Shown one piece after another: positions 43,601 to 53,648 of a DNA stretch of 64,000 nucleotides. Within the stretch, counting starts at the first letter, position 1, and each line of letters opens with the position of its first letter. Origin of the DNA: an uncultured Verrucomicrobiae bacterium (GTDB taxonomy: Bacteria > Verrucomicrobiota > Verrucomicrobiia > Chthoniobacterales > Terrimicrobiaceae). The notes below the pieces were generated by a model, which had not been told where the DNA came from, made no database searches, and worked only from the letters and a program-made list of their open reading frames with translations. The translations under genes were made by a program, and so were the position numbers. Location of the stretch: contig CAVPOC010000008.1 of the NCBI GenBank assembly GCA_963706955.1, positions 320,001 to 384,000 on the forward strand. The letters run 5' to 3'.

Positions 43601-44859
43601 TTCGCGAGGCCACATCGCTGCAGCAGCGGCCCAAGCTGATTCTCATCACTGCCTATGGCAGTGAGCTGCTGAGCAATCAAACCGAGCAGGCGGGACTGGT
43701 CGGTGTTCTCGTAAAGCCGATCAGCAATTCCTCGCTTTTCAATACTATCATGGGCGCCTTCATCAGCGGCGCTCCCAACGCTGACACCAAGCCACGTGCT
43801 GCCGACGGTGAACGGCTGGTCGATCTTACTGGTCTCCGTGTGCTCCTGGTTGAAGATAACGAGATCAATCGGGAACTCGCGAGTCAGTTGCTGCGCGATG
43901 TGGGAATTGTTGTTTCTATAGCGCACAATGGCCGTGAAGCGGTGGAGAAGGTCACAACTGAATCCTTCGATGGTGTCTTGATGGACATCCAGATGCCTGA
44001 GATGGACGGCTATCAGGCCGCCAGAGCCATCCGTGCGCAGGCCGAGCTCGCTACGCTTCCAATCATCGCCATGACTGCGAACGCCATGCTCGTCGACCGT
44101 GCCAAGGCCCTGGATGCCGGCATGAACGACCACCTCCCCAAGCCCATCGATCCGGGAGAACTCTACGCGGCCATCAAGCGCTGGTTCAAGCCGCCCGCAT
44201 TGGTTTCTTCTCCACAGTCCGGCACGCCACCCGCCTCAATCACCGACGGAGAAGTGGCTATCGACTACCTCGACGGTATTGACCTCGCTGACGGACTCAA
44301 ACGTGTTGCAGGTAATCGTCCTCTCTATCGCAATCTTCTGTTGAAATTCCGGCAGAGCCAAGCTGATGCAGCATCGGAGATCCGCCAGGCTCTGGCAGCA
44401 GGAGATCGCCAGCGCGCGGAGCGAATCGCCCATACCATAAGAGGCATTGCTGGCAGCGTCGGCGCCAAGGAGCTACAAGCTGCCGCCGCGACCGTCGAAC
44501 AGGGACTTCGGGTCTCGAACTCAGCGCATATGGAGACTGACCTTTCGGCCTTTGAAACTGCGCTGCGCCGTGTTGTTGCTTCCATCGCAAACCTCGGCGA
44601 GCTCGAACCACCGAGCCCCTGCTCTCAGCCGATTCCGGACCTCTCCAAGCTCCTCCCGAAGCTTAGTGAGCTGGAGTTGTTGCTTAAAAACGACGACTTC
44701 GACGCCCGGAATATCCTTGAGGAGCTGCTCCCTCATTTTCAAAAAACCCCGCATGCCGAGCTCTTTCAGGTGTTGACAAAAAAGGTGGCCGGTTACGATT
44801 TCGAAGCGGCCCTCGCTGAATTTCAGACCATTAAGGCTGCGATCGAAACGGAGCAGTAA
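40672..44859 (+). CDS. Hybrid sensor histidine kinase: NMT1/THI5-type periplasmic domain, TM, 2 PAS, HisKA, HATPase, 2 REC, Hpt
   Basis: [70 protein letters not shown]. Confidence 0.93.
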   Translation: MKSLIDHAVPRWWQSRLCRFILVIFLVLVMPRESQALDQVTLQLKWLHQFQFAGYYAALEKGFYREAGLDVQIREGGPNVDAVEDVVTGRADFGVGTSGALIARAQGKEVVVLAAVFQHSPAILLVPRRAAVSSIFALQDRPLMDTPGSEDIAAMLKLAGVDYAKMPRVKHNGDPLDLVSGKADAMVAYSTNEPFVLEQLGVPYLAFSPRGSGIDFYSDNLVTSEKQMKTHPQRVADFRAASLRGWQYALSHKEEIVDLILRRYSQAKNREALLFEANQTEVLVQPGLIELGYQNPARWQAIADTYHSLGMLPDAKVPEDLIYKAETGAIPLWLKASLAGAAILGLVATLVALWIARLNRRLNSEIIERREAEREIQRANAQAESARQQLVAMSEALPLAMFQIEFKSGADVRYNFVGSRVEQILGVPVKELMAEAALRWRHVHPDDAEVVRSILADATQRVRAGDFKDSVEIVVRVLSNGQPRWVRSSAYPAPPLPDGTVIWNGFYQDITERKQAEDELKASEERFRRLFEDSADAMLLIDDSRFVECNAAAVAMLRMRSRDELLNHSPTDLSPPIQADGTPSAQKAQILMAQVMERGSLRFEWLHRRADGEVFPVEILLTTIEQHGRRLVHTVWRDITERKRAEEAVRAARQKAEEATQAKSDFLANMSHEIRTPMNGILGMAHLCMKTDLTPRQRDYLQKIDRSAYSLLGIINDILDFSKIEAGKLTMERIGFGLEEVFENLTSVVGMRAHEKGLEVLFRIASETPLHLVGDPLRLQQVLVNLCSNAVKFTQQGEVVVSVKPVQIDDGEVELEFAVSDTGIGMTPDQQARLFRPFTQADSSTTRKFGGTGLGLSISLRLVELMSGQLRLESEPGKGSIFRFTARFGCQDRAARAHHLAAVDLRGTRVLVIDDNSTSRQILQEMLEAMSFEVTLANSAREGLAKLTTADASDPFQLVLMDWEMPELDGLTAAWIIREATSLQQRPKLILITAYGSELLSNQTEQAGLVGVLVKPISNSSLFNTIMGAFISGAPNADTKPRAADGERLVDLTGLRVLLVEDNEINRELASQLLRDVGIVVSIAHNGREAVEKVTTESFDGVLMDIQMPEMDGYQAARAIRAQAELATLPIIAMTANAMLVDRAKALDAGMNDHLPKPIDPGELYAAIKRWFKPPALVSSPQSGTPPASITDGEVAIDYLDGIDLADGLKRVAGNRPLYRNLLLKFRQSQADAASEIRQALAAGDRQRAERIAHTIRGIAGSVGAKELQAAAATVEQGLRVSNSAHMETDLSAFETALRRVVASIANLGELEPPSPCSQPIPDLSKLLPKLSELELLLKNDDFDARNILEELLPHFQKTPHAELFQVLTKKVAGYDFEAALAEFQTIKAAIETEQ

Positions 44860-44923
44860 CGCCAAAACGAAAAACTCGCGCGCCGAAGAGCACTAAGCTG
44901 CAACAATCGAAAATCACTCACAA

Positions 44924-45949
44924 ATGAAGGGTTTGATCGCCACTCTCTCGCTCTTGCTCTCACTCTCTCTGCCGTTTGCCGAGACAGTATGCGCTCAAGG
45001 GGATCAATACCGGTTCGTCATGGTGTCCCACATCGGCGCCAACGATCCGAACATGAATTGGCTAACGAGTTCCATGAAAACGTTTGGCGAGCGATACCCC
45101 GAGGTAAGAACGGAGTATCTGTCGCCGAGCGAATCCAGCCTGGAAAGCTTCATTGCGATTCTAAACCAGGCGATCGCGACTCGGCCCGATGGGATCGCCG
45201 TGCCGATCCTTAATAACAAAGCCCTCGAGCCCATCCTTGAGAAGGCGATTAGCAGCGGCATTCCGGTGGTCGCATTCAACATTGAGGATCCTCGCCCTCC
45301 GGACCAGCGGATCCGCTATCTTACCTATGTGGGCGGGGATGAGTATCTCACGGGCATGAAACTGGGGGAGTATGTCATTGAGCAAGCGAACGCGGGCAAG
45401 ATTCCGAAGCCAACCAAAATGATGTGCGCCAACCACGATCCGACTCATCAGGGCTTAAAGGCACGGTTTCAGGGAATGACGTATGCGATGAAAAAGATCG
45501 GCGTCAGCGTCGATGAACTCGTGATCGGCGCGGATCCTGAGCGGGCCCGCAGCATCATGCAGTCCTATCTAAGCGCCAATAAGGATGTTAATTACATTTT
45601 TACCCTGGGCACGTTGTCCTGCCCATGGGCTTACAGCGTTGCCGATCAGATGGGATTGAAACCGAAGCTTTCTGACAAGGGGATGACGATTGTGAGTGTC
45701 GACGACAGCCCCAATTCCCTCGAGGGTATCAAAGAGGGGAAAATCCTCGCTTCACACAGCCAGGGTTTCTGGCTCCAGGGCTATCTTCCGATGGAGATCC
45801 TTTACTTTCACAAGAAGATTGGGATGCACCCGCTCAGCGACGTCATAACGGGACCGATTGTCATCAATGCGAGTAACGTTGATGAATGGATAAAATTCGT
45901 CAAAAACATCATTGGTGAAGACGCCTACAAGAAGCAAATTACCTGGTAA
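44924..45949 (+). CDS. Periplasmic sugar-binding protein (type I, RbsB/LacI-like)
   Basis: Signal peptide; AIATRPDGIAV, GIPVVAFN, YVGGDEY, QGFWLQGY. Confidence 0.85.
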   Translation: MKGLIATLSLLLSLSLPFAETVCAQGDQYRFVMVSHIGANDPNMNWLTSSMKTFGERYPEVRTEYLSPSESSLESFIAILNQAIATRPDGIAVPILNNKALEPILEKAISSGIPVVAFNIEDPRPPDQRIRYLTYVGGDEYLTGMKLGEYVIEQANAGKIPKPTKMMCANHDPTHQGLKARFQGMTYAMKKIGVSVDELVIGADPERARSIMQSYLSANKDVNYIFTLGTLSCPWAYSVADQMGLKPKLSDKGMTIVSVDDSPNSLEGIKEGKILASHSQGFWLQGYLPMEILYFHKKIGMHPLSDVITGPIVINASNVDEWIKFVKNIIGEDAYKKQITW

Positions 45950-45995
45950 ATCGATTTGCTTCCATTTCCAGCCGGTATGGACCGAGAGAGCTCGA

Positions 45996-47576
45996 TCACC
46001 GCGTTTGGCCAGTAGGGAATAAATCGCGCCTTTGCTGCTTCTGCACGGAGCTTCCCGTTTCGCGACCTTGTCGAGGCGGTTTAATGTTCTGGTTGAGATG
46101 GAACAAATTGTCGGGATCATACTGTTCTTTGATCCGCGCCAGACGATCATAGTTGCCACCGTAGGCGGCGGCCACCCGATCACCTTCTTCTTCCGTCATG
46201 AAGTTCACGTAGGCCCCCTCGGAGGCATATGGGGCGGAGGCTCGGAAAAACGCGCGCGCCCAGGCAATGCACCGCTCATCGTCCGTCCTCTCATCCCATC
46301 GCCCGTGCACGTTGAGCACAAACTTTGCGTCACGATGACGATAGGCCATGGCATCTGCCGCAACGCGATTGGATGCGCCTGCGATCAGCCCGACGAAGAT
46401 CTCGCACTGCGGCGAGGGCAGTTTGCCAGCGAACTCGATCATCGAGTCCAACGCGGCATCAGTCAGTTCTGTGAAGTTATGGGTTTTCCAATAGTTTCTC
46501 GCGCCGGGCGTAAGCAGAGGATCAAACGCCTGCTGCCATTGGGTGTACGGCTGAGCATCGATATATTCGCCGTGGGAAGTCCCAAAACGACGCAAAGGCT
46601 CAATCAGCTTTCTCCCTTGAGCAAGATCCCCGATGTAGAAGGGAACGAGCACAACGACTTCCTTGCCATGCACGTCTTTGGGAAGAAACGGCAACGGGGG
46701 AGCCTTGCGCAAGACAACCCACACATTGAGTTCCTCCGGGGCGGCTGCTACGAATTCCCGATATTGTCTCAGCACCTGCTTTGCTTGCTCGAACGGGAAA
46801 ACGATCAACCCGGCCAGGATTTCAGGACCCACCTCATGAAGGTTGAATTCGAATTGGGTGACGATCGCAAAGTTACCCCCGCCACCTCGAATTGCCCAAA
46901 ACAGGTCGGCGTTTTCGTTTTCGCTGGCTCGGATCCTCTTGCCGTCCGCGGTGATCAGGTCCGCAGAGACGAGATTGTCAACGGTCATGCCGTATTTGCG
47001 CGTTAGCCAACCGAATCCCCCGCCTAGCGTTAGACCCGCGATCCCGGTGGTGGAGTTGATTCCGACCGGCGTGGCGAGCCCATGGGCCTGCACCGCCCCA
47101 TCAAAATCGGCCAACGTCGCCCCCGGTTCAACATAGGCGCGTCTCTTCTCGGCATCCACGCGGACTTTCCTCATCGTTGAAAAGTCGATCATCACGCCGT
47201 TTTCACACAAAGCGTTCCCTGCAATGTTATGGCCTCCACCTCGAACTGATATTTCGAGTCCGTTCTCGCGCGCGAACAAGATTGCATGCGGAACGTCATC
47301 GGCTTCCGCACATCGCACGATGAGAGCAGGCCGCCGTTCAATCATCGCGTTCCATATTTCGCGAACCTCGTCATAACTCGGGTCACTCGGTAGGACGATC
47401 TGGCCCTTCACCTTTCTCCGAAGATTCTCAACCGTCTCTTTCGAAAAAGTTGTTTTCTTTTCTTCGCTTGGATCTTGAGCAGCAGCGTTGAGGGACTCGA
47501 TTTCTTCGGGGTTCAGAGTAGAGGCGTCGGCGCGGACCGACCTTCTCGGTTGAGTTGTTGCGTTCATTTGTTGCAT
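45996..47576 (-). CDS. FAD-binding oxidoreductase (BBE family), second paralog
   Basis: VRGGGHN, GIAGLTLGGGFG, LFWAIRGGGGNF, AYVNF...YDPDNLF. Confidence 0.92.
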   Translation of the reverse strand: MQQMNATTQPRRSVRADASTLNPEEIESLNAAAQDPSEEKKTTFSKETVENLRRKVKGQIVLPSDPSYDEVREIWNAMIERRPALIVRCAEADDVPHAILFARENGLEISVRGGGHNIAGNALCENGVMIDFSTMRKVRVDAEKRRAYVEPGATLADFDGAVQAHGLATPVGINSTTGIAGLTLGGGFGWLTRKYGMTVDNLVSADLITADGKRIRASENENADLFWAIRGGGGNFAIVTQFEFNLHEVGPEILAGLIVFPFEQAKQVLRQYREFVAAAPEELNVWVVLRKAPPLPFLPKDVHGKEVVVLVPFYIGDLAQGRKLIEPLRRFGTSHGEYIDAQPYTQWQQAFDPLLTPGARNYWKTHNFTELTDAALDSMIEFAGKLPSPQCEIFVGLIAGASNRVAADAMAYRHRDAKFVLNVHGRWDERTDDERCIAWARAFFRASAPYASEGAYVNFMTEEEGDRVAAAYGGNYDRLARIKEQYDPDNLFHLNQNIKPPRQGRETGSSVQKQQRRDLFPTGQTR

Positions 47577-47587
47577 TTGTGCTGTTG

Positions 47588-47603
47588 TACCGACTAGTTA
47601 GTA
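47588..47603. promoter_or_regulatory. Putative TetR operator upstream of the oxidoreductase
   Basis: TACCGACTAGTTAGTA, 13/16 match to the operator at 48236; overlaps a minus-strand TATACT -10 (47600-47605). Confidence 0.65.
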
Positions 47604-47622
47604 TACTTCTGGGCAAAAAAAT

Positions 47623-48219
47623 TTACGCGGGTTCGGCGATGAGCGTAGCCAACGAGAGTCGGAATGCGCGAATGGCCTTGGGAATACGGGTGGGATCGCG
47701 ATGGGCTTTGGCGAGCACGATAGATCCCTCGAGCACGCCGAGAAGCGTATCGGCCAATTCACCGGCTGTCGGCCTTTCCCTCCCCACCCACTGCGCGGTG
47801 ATCGGTTGAAGTTTCTCCGCGAAGTCGTCCGAGACCGCCCGAAACATGTCCGCAACGGCTCGCTGCATACGAGAATTCGTATCGGCAAGCTCCAACGCAA
47901 ACGAGCCCATCAGGCACCCTCCACTCCAAAGCTCTGGAGAGCACTTCTCGAAATATTCAAGAAACGCAAACGCCCGTTCAACCGGATCCGTGGTTCGGAC
48001 GTGCGGTCCACGTGCTAGCATTTGCGCGCTTCGTTGAAGAGACCAATCCAAGACCGCAAGACCCAGATCCTCCTTCGAATCAAAAAAATAATAGAAACTT
48101 CCCTTGGTCAGCTCGGCCTTCTCACAAATTGCATCCACAGTCGTGGCCGCATAACCACGGGCCAGGAACAGCTCTTTGGCTCCGGCCAAAATGCGTTCTT
48201 TGGACTCATTGGCTGCCAT
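47623..48219 (-). CDS. TetR/AcrR family regulator (NemR-like)
   Basis: GYAATTVDAICEKAELTKGSFYYFFDSKEDL HTH; GCLMG C-terminal motif. Confidence 0.92.
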   Translation of the reverse strand: MAANESKERILAGAKELFLARGYAATTVDAICEKAELTKGSFYYFFDSKEDLGLAVLDWSLQRSAQMLARGPHVRTTDPVERAFAFLEYFEKCSPELWSGGCLMGSFALELADTNSRMQRAVADMFRAVSDDFAEKLQPITAQWVGRERPTAGELADTLLGVLEGSIVLAKAHRDPTRIPKAIRAFRLSLATLIAEPA

Positions 48220-48229
48220 CTCAATTTCC

Positions 48230-48258
48230 TTTATATACTAACCGGTTGGTACAGTCAA
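48230..48258 (-). promoter_or_regulatory. sigma70 promoter of tetR with a palindromic operator in the spacer
   Basis: Minus strand TTGACT-17 bp-TATAAA; spacer contains the near-perfect palindrome TACCAACCGGTTAGTA. Confidence 0.75.
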
Positions 48259-48694
48259 GGGATTTGTGTTCGCAGATAGGACGGCTCCTGGCCGGCGCCT
48301 CGGGCGGCAGCGCTGGTTCTTGCTGGCATCGATGTCGCAGAAACCGCGATCACGATCGCCGGCGCGTGCTAGAGCGCGAAGGAGCGCCCCCTAGCCCCAT
48401 GCTTCGCCATGAATCGCGCTGAAGGCCATCGCGGAGCGTTGGCGTTGGTGGCGGAAGAACCACAATCAGCGCTACGATGCTCGACAACCGCGGGAGGACG
48501 AAGACGGACCGCAAGGGCGATGCGGTCGGCGGCGGGATCTCTGGCGGCGTTGTAGGCGTTACTCTCGCTTTGCCCACGTGTGGGCATTTGTGAGCATGTA
48601 AGAAAACCTCGGATCGTTCGAGAGGCCTCTATTCATGCGGTTTTGCCCACGTAGGAGCAACTGGGAGAGCATGAGTAAATTCGCTCAGATCGAA

Positions 48695-48735
48695 TTGTGA
48701 AACGAGAAGCTATATCAACGGAGCGTATATCCCCC
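48695..48735 (-). repeat. Degenerate copy of the tRNA-Ala 5' half (older att site)
   Basis: ttgtgaaacgagaagctatatcaacggagcgtatatccccc versus ttgcgaacgagacgctctaccaactgagctataccccc; followed at 48805-48860 by a homolog of the integrase remnant at 19020-19090. Confidence 0.65.
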
Positions 48736-49626
48736 AGTGCTTTGTTCAATTAGTTACACATAGTCAGCCAGAACCACGGCCGGTCTATTTGGGCCGAATT
48801 TCCGCGTCTGAAACGGGCAATCGCTATGCTACAACGAAAATCCGCGGCACGATCAAACCCTAGGCTTCGATGAGGAATTTGCGGCCGTCAACACTCTCAT
48901 AGAGCGATGCATTCATGTTGAACCGAAGATCGCATCGCATGCCTAAGGACTTCCCGGCTAGGCCTCCCTATTACTTGCAACGCGAGGGGCGGTCCAGCCA
49001 GATTCAACAGAACACTCCGGGTGGGGCCAGCTTACGTAATAGAATCGCTTTCGTTGGGTCTTCGCAGGCCATCGGAACAGAATTGCCGGATTTCTCCGCG
49101 CGAAACACGTCACTGGCCTCAGGAGCTGAATAACTGCAGTGCTATGCTGCAACCAGGAGCTCCTGATCTCGTTCCGTTCGCAATCGATCAGAAGAGGGGG
49201 TTCGCGCAGGGTCTGCGAGAGCGCACTGGCAAGGCCGCATGGCGCATTCGTCACAAACTTGTTGAGGTCTGCATCTGGTCCGAACATTTGCTTAAGAAGG
49301 CCGTTCTCAAACGCAATTAGGAGAACTCAAGAATGGAAATTTACGCATGTTCTGGCCCTCAAAGTCTGCGCAATGAGTTTAACGGAAGGGTAGCACGCAA
49401 AACTGGCTAAAAGTCACTAGTAGCGAGCCGAGTTGCCGGTTCAGGATGTTTCGGAAGTGTACCTCTTACGATCCACGTGATACCCAAGTCACTAGTATCG
49501 AGACAGATTATGTGGCTCTCACCCTAAGTCTCGCGTGCATAAATTTTCGTTCCTTGAAATCTCCCTAATACACTCTTCCGTCAATGCAGGCGGGTAAGAA
49601 AACAAATACACCATCAGAGAATTAGA

Positions 49627-50445
49627 ATGAGTAACTACGACAACGACGATCACATTAAGAACATGCAAAACTCGGACGCCAACAGCTACTGTCCTAACGG
49701 GAACCCGGTTTTGGAGTTTGCCGGAAGGGAATGGTGGATTAATTACCACTGGAGTCCAGAAAGTGGAATTTATGCGGGCGGAGATTTCGATTCTATCTTC
49801 GATCCAAAGATAATCGAACGGACGTCTGACGGGGTGCAGCTCTGGATCAAGCCGCCGGGGCAGTACGACAGATGGCAAACCTCGGAATTGGTCAGTGTAG
49901 AAAAGGTCGCTTATGGCAGACACCTTGTGACTGCCCGCGCTGACAGTGGTTCCTTCTCAGACCTTGATGCGAACGCCGTATTCGGCGTTTTCACCTACCA
50001 GTATTCGGAAGCCCCGCCTTCTCAGGGACCGAACAAGCATCGTGAAATCGATATGACGGAGGTCTTGCGCGGTGCGAGCAGCAACGCACAATTCACCCTG
50101 CAGCCATGGGATTATGATCCCCATCCATGGTATCCATTTACGCTGCCGGCCAGCACCCCGGTTATCACGATCGTCACGGATTGGTACGTCCCGGAAACCG
50201 CTCCCGTGGCCATCTTCGCCGTTTTTCTGGGCGATTACTCACTTGAGACTCTGCCCCCGCCACCTTGGGAGCAAAGAGCATACGCCTTGTGGTCGCCAAG
50301 CCAGCATGGCTTCGGTGAGTTAATTCCTCAGGTGACTGCAACGAGTTGCGCGCGCATACATATCAATCTCTGGCTGATGCACGGTCAGCCACCGTCCGGG
50401 CCACAATCAGTCACCGTAACGAGAGTTCAATACCAGCAACTGTAA
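49627..50445 (+). CDS. Glycoside hydrolase family 16-like (beta-jelly-roll) protein
   Basis: YGR...D.NAVFGVFTY...HREIDMTE (ExDxxE catalytic motif)...IHINLWL. Confidence 0.62.
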   Translation: MSNYDNDDHIKNMQNSDANSYCPNGNPVLEFAGREWWINYHWSPESGIYAGGDFDSIFDPKIIERTSDGVQLWIKPPGQYDRWQTSELVSVEKVAYGRHLVTARADSGSFSDLDANAVFGVFTYQYSEAPPSQGPNKHREIDMTEVLRGASSNAQFTLQPWDYDPHPWYPFTLPASTPVITIVTDWYVPETAPVAIFAVFLGDYSLETLPPPPWEQRAYALWSPSQHGFGELIPQVTATSCARIHINLWLMHGQPPSGPQSVTVTRVQYQQL

Positions 50446-50768
50446 CCATCGGGCGGGACATCGCCGCTAAGATCTGTGCGCAGCACCTGCTCACGAATTT
50501 CTCGGCATCGGCCAACGGTTTTGGCGCTCGAGACCGTCGCGTATCAAATCCATATGATGGCCGATGTCGCAGCGGATCGGTTTTCCTACGGCCAGAAGCT
50601 GCTGACGGCTCTTTCGCTGACGAGGAGCCGGTAACGCTCGAGCGGACTTCAAGCGAAGCGTCTAGCCGTGGCGAGCGGCCTCCTTAAAAGTCAAAATACC
50701 ATAACGAAAATGCGCAGCCAGATCAAAGAACAAGTTCTCCGCTGTGCGTGCCCCACGGCCGCCAGCGT

Positions 50769-51824
50769 TCACGGGTAATTGTTTCGGTCGAGACGGGCTG
50801 CCTCGAGGTAGATCGAGGGCAGGGCTACGCCGCGGGCCCGCAGCGCCGACTCGCGCACGGCCACGCGGTAGTGTCTGCCTGTGACCACCGGCGGCGCAGC
50901 CGGTTGACCGTTGGCCACGTCGCGCAGCCAATCGAGGCTCATCTGCATAGCCACTTCACCCATCTCGCGCGGCGAGGGCGCAATAGCCAAGCCACCACCG
51001 CCTTCGACAAAGGTGGTGTCGACGCCGATCGGCAGCGCCTTGGCATGGGTTTCGATCCAGCTCGCGACTTCCTCCACGCTGGTGGGCCTGGACACCCCCC
51101 CGCCCTGGGGCAAGCCGCTGAAGGACAGCACAATCAGCACGTCGGCCAAGCTGTCAAGTCGCGGGATCGTCTGCTGCCAGGCGGCGAAGTCGGGTAGTAC
51201 CTGTGCCGCCACCAGGCGATGCGGGCTCCAGTCGAAGGCCTGCACCTGATGGATCTCAGCGAAGCCAGTGGGATCAGTCAAGCCGATCACGGCCAAACGC
51301 GCTGGCTCTCCGTTGCGCAGCGTCAGCAAGGCTTCGCGAATGGCCGCCAGCGGCAGCCGCTCGAGCACGCCGCTGACGTTGGCTGCGGTGTCGTAGCCAT
51401 AGCTCGCGGGCTGGCTGTCGATCGCCACGTAGACGATACGCGTCGTCGGGTTGGCCGCCTCCGCCGATCCCGCCGGCACTGCGTAGTGGCGCGCCACATA
51501 GGCCTGCGCCTCGTCGTCCACCGCCACCAGCATGTGCGGACGAAGCTGCTGAATGGCGCGTCGTGCCTGCGCGGCGGCGTCGTGCCAACCGGTCTTGTGC
51601 GGAGAGCGCTCAAGGCCCAGGTAGTACCAATGCACCGTTACCGGCCGACGGTTGCGGTCCAGCGCGGTGCGGACGCCCTCGTCGATGCGCTGGTTCCAGC
51701 CACTGCTGCGTTGGCCGCTGTGCAGCACCAAGATGCGCGGCTTGGTGAGGTTGAAACCAACTAGCAGCACCATCGCCGCCAGCAGAAAGATGGCCACCAG
51801 CCAGCCGAGCACGCCGCGCTTCAT
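50769..51824 (-). CDS. ABC-type substrate-binding-like protein
   Basis: Start MKRGVLGWL (ATGA overlap with upstream gene), N-terminal TM, RILVLHS, LVAVDDEA, NVSGVLER. Confidence 0.7.
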   Translation of the reverse strand: MKRGVLGWLVAIFLLAAMVLLVGFNLTKPRILVLHSGQRSSGWNQRIDEGVRTALDRNRRPVTVHWYYLGLERSPHKTGWHDAAAQARRAIQQLRPHMLVAVDDEAQAYVARHYAVPAGSAEAANPTTRIVYVAIDSQPASYGYDTAANVSGVLERLPLAAIREALLTLRNGEPARLAVIGLTDPTGFAEIHQVQAFDWSPHRLVAAQVLPDFAAWQQTIPRLDSLADVLIVLSFSGLPQGGGVSRPTSVEEVASWIETHAKALPIGVDTTFVEGGGGLAIAPSPREMGEVAMQMSLDWLRDVANGQPAAPPVVTGRHYRVAVRESALRARGVALPSIYLEAARLDRNNYP

Positions 51825-53647
51825 GCCAAACCCAGCCACTGCCAGTATGGCACGGAGGCATACGCCGCCACGATGCGCGAGGCGTTTATGAAGTGGTTGT
51901 AGCGCTGGAAGCCCGGATCGGCGATGTAGTTGGCGTAGCCGCTGGAGGCGAGCTGCAGGCATTGGGAGCTCTGGTAGGGCTTGAACCACATGTCGCTAAA
52001 CATGGCCGTCAGGAACGTGAGGACCCAGGGGTGGATATCTTGGCTCGCGGCCACCGGCATCAGCACCACCGCCGCCACCACCATGCCGGCGGTGATCGGC
52101 AGCGCCAGGCGCAGCAGCAGCGTCACGCCCAGAACCACCGGGATGAACAACAGCAGGTTTCCGCCGACGAAGTCGAAGCGGTCGCCGGCTGCGGCACTCA
52201 GCGCGGTGTCGAGCCCCAGGTAGCTGATCGAGCGACTGAGGCCGTCCAGGCTGAGCAGGAAGAAGATCATCGGCCAGTCGATCTTCTGCTGGAAATCCTT
52301 CTTGCTGACCAGCCCCGTCAGCAGCAGCGCGACCAGAATGAAAGCCGCCAGCCATGCGGGATTGATCTGGTGCCACGAAACGGTGAAGGCGCCCACCACG
52401 AACAGCACGAAGCCCAGCAGTGCGCCCTTTTCAGGCACCGTGACCGGCCCCAGCAGGGCTTGCTGCTCGCGCAACCGGGCCTTCGGCAGCGGCGACTGGG
52501 GCTCGCGCGTGAAGCTCAACCGCATGGCCACGACGTGCGTGAGCGTGACGACGATTAACGCCACCGCCGCGGCGGCGAGCCAGAACACGCCTTGAAACTG
52601 TTCCTGCACCTGCGCCGGCAGCATCGCGAACACGGTGAGGTTGGACGATTTGCTAGTCAGCATCATCGGTGAAAACAGCATCGCGCCGGAAAACATCGCT
52701 GCCATCAGCGCCACGGCGGCCGGGCTCTGCGACTTGAGGCTGAGGCCGCTGACCATGTCGCGGTAGAGCGGCTGCAGCAGCGATAGGCGAGCGTTTCCTG
52801 AGGGCATGATGGGCGACAGCGCATAGCCCGACAGCAGCAGCGCGGTCTGCTGCCAGAACGGCGTATCGGGCAGGCGGATTAGCAGCCAGATCATCACCCG
52901 GTAGCTCAGGCCCGAGGCGCCGATGAGCGAGGCCAGCGCATACACGCCGATTAACGTCGTGAGGGTCCGCGACGCGAAGCCGCCGAGGGCGATATCCGAC
53001 GGCACCAGCCCTACCATCAGCACCGCCGAAATCGCCAGCAGCGGAGGCACGTACTCGTCGGCGAGCCCGAACAGCCACATCAGCACCGTGGCAGCCAAGA
53101 TGCCGACAAACAGGGCCGCCTCCTGGGTCAGGCCGGCGGAGCCGCCGGCAAAGTAGAGCAGGGGCGGCACCAGCAGCAACGCCAGCCAGCCCACTAATTG
53201 CTTGCGGGGTACCGGCGCAGCGGCCGGGGCCGCCGCCGGCTTCGGTGCTGGCAACAAGGCCTCGCCGCTCAGATGGCTCGTCAGCCCGAGCATCGCCCGC
53301 GACGCCATACCGAGTTCGGTCAAGGCTTCGCGCGGCAGGCGCAGGGCCTGCACCGGCGTGCGGGCAGTAGCGGTCGCGAGATAGGTTTTCAGGTCGGTAG
53401 CGGCTTCTTCGCCGCACCGCGGCGCCTGCAAATCCATACGCCGACCGCTCTCGGTGACGAGTTCCACGTCGCCACCATCGAGTAGATACAACGCGTCCGC
53501 CTTGGCACCGCGCGAATACAGGTCCTGCCCGGCGGCGAACGTGACAGGCTCCAGTTTACCCAACACGCGCGCCAGTTGCAGCGGCGCGCAGTTGGCGAAG
53601 AGCGCATCGCGACGCACGCGATCGATCTGGTCGCGGTGAGCTGCCAT
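51821..53647 (-). CDS. SLC13/DASS family permease with N-terminal cyclic-nucleotide-binding domain
   Basis: LFANC...FAAGQDLYSRGAKADALYLLDGGDV...GEEA cNMP fold; IMPSGNAR, KIDWP and many TM helices. Confidence 0.82.
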   Translation of the reverse strand: MAAHRDQIDRVRRDALFANCAPLQLARVLGKLEPVTFAAGQDLYSRGAKADALYLLDGGDVELVTESGRRMDLQAPRCGEEAATDLKTYLATATARTPVQALRLPREALTELGMASRAMLGLTSHLSGEALLPAPKPAAAPAAAPVPRKQLVGWLALLLVPPLLYFAGGSAGLTQEAALFVGILAATVLMWLFGLADEYVPPLLAISAVLMVGLVPSDIALGGFASRTLTTLIGVYALASLIGASGLSYRVMIWLLIRLPDTPFWQQTALLLSGYALSPIMPSGNARLSLLQPLYRDMVSGLSLKSQSPAAVALMAAMFSGAMLFSPMMLTSKSSNLTVFAMLPAQVQEQFQGVFWLAAAAVALIVVTLTHVVAMRLSFTREPQSPLPKARLREQQALLGPVTVPEKGALLGFVLFVVGAFTVSWHQINPAWLAAFILVALLLTGLVSKKDFQQKIDWPMIFFLLSLDGLSRSISYLGLDTALSAAAGDRFDFVGGNLLLFIPVVLGVTLLLRLALPITAGMVVAAVVLMPVAASQDIHPWVLTFLTAMFSDMWFKPYQSSQCLQLASSGYANYIADPGFQRYNHFINASRIVAAYASVPYWQWLGLA

Positions 53648-53648
53648 C

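Larger units (their letters stand above)
37640..48735. mobile_element. Decayed integrative element 3
   Basis: Starts with a distinct integrase N-terminal remnant; ends at a degenerate tRNA 5'-half copy (48695-48735). Confidence 0.6.

Noticed and set aside
49411..49502. Direct repeat AAGTCACTAGTA.CGAG (49411, 49486)
   Set aside because: Only two copies and no linked feature; could be a binding site but cannot be supported.
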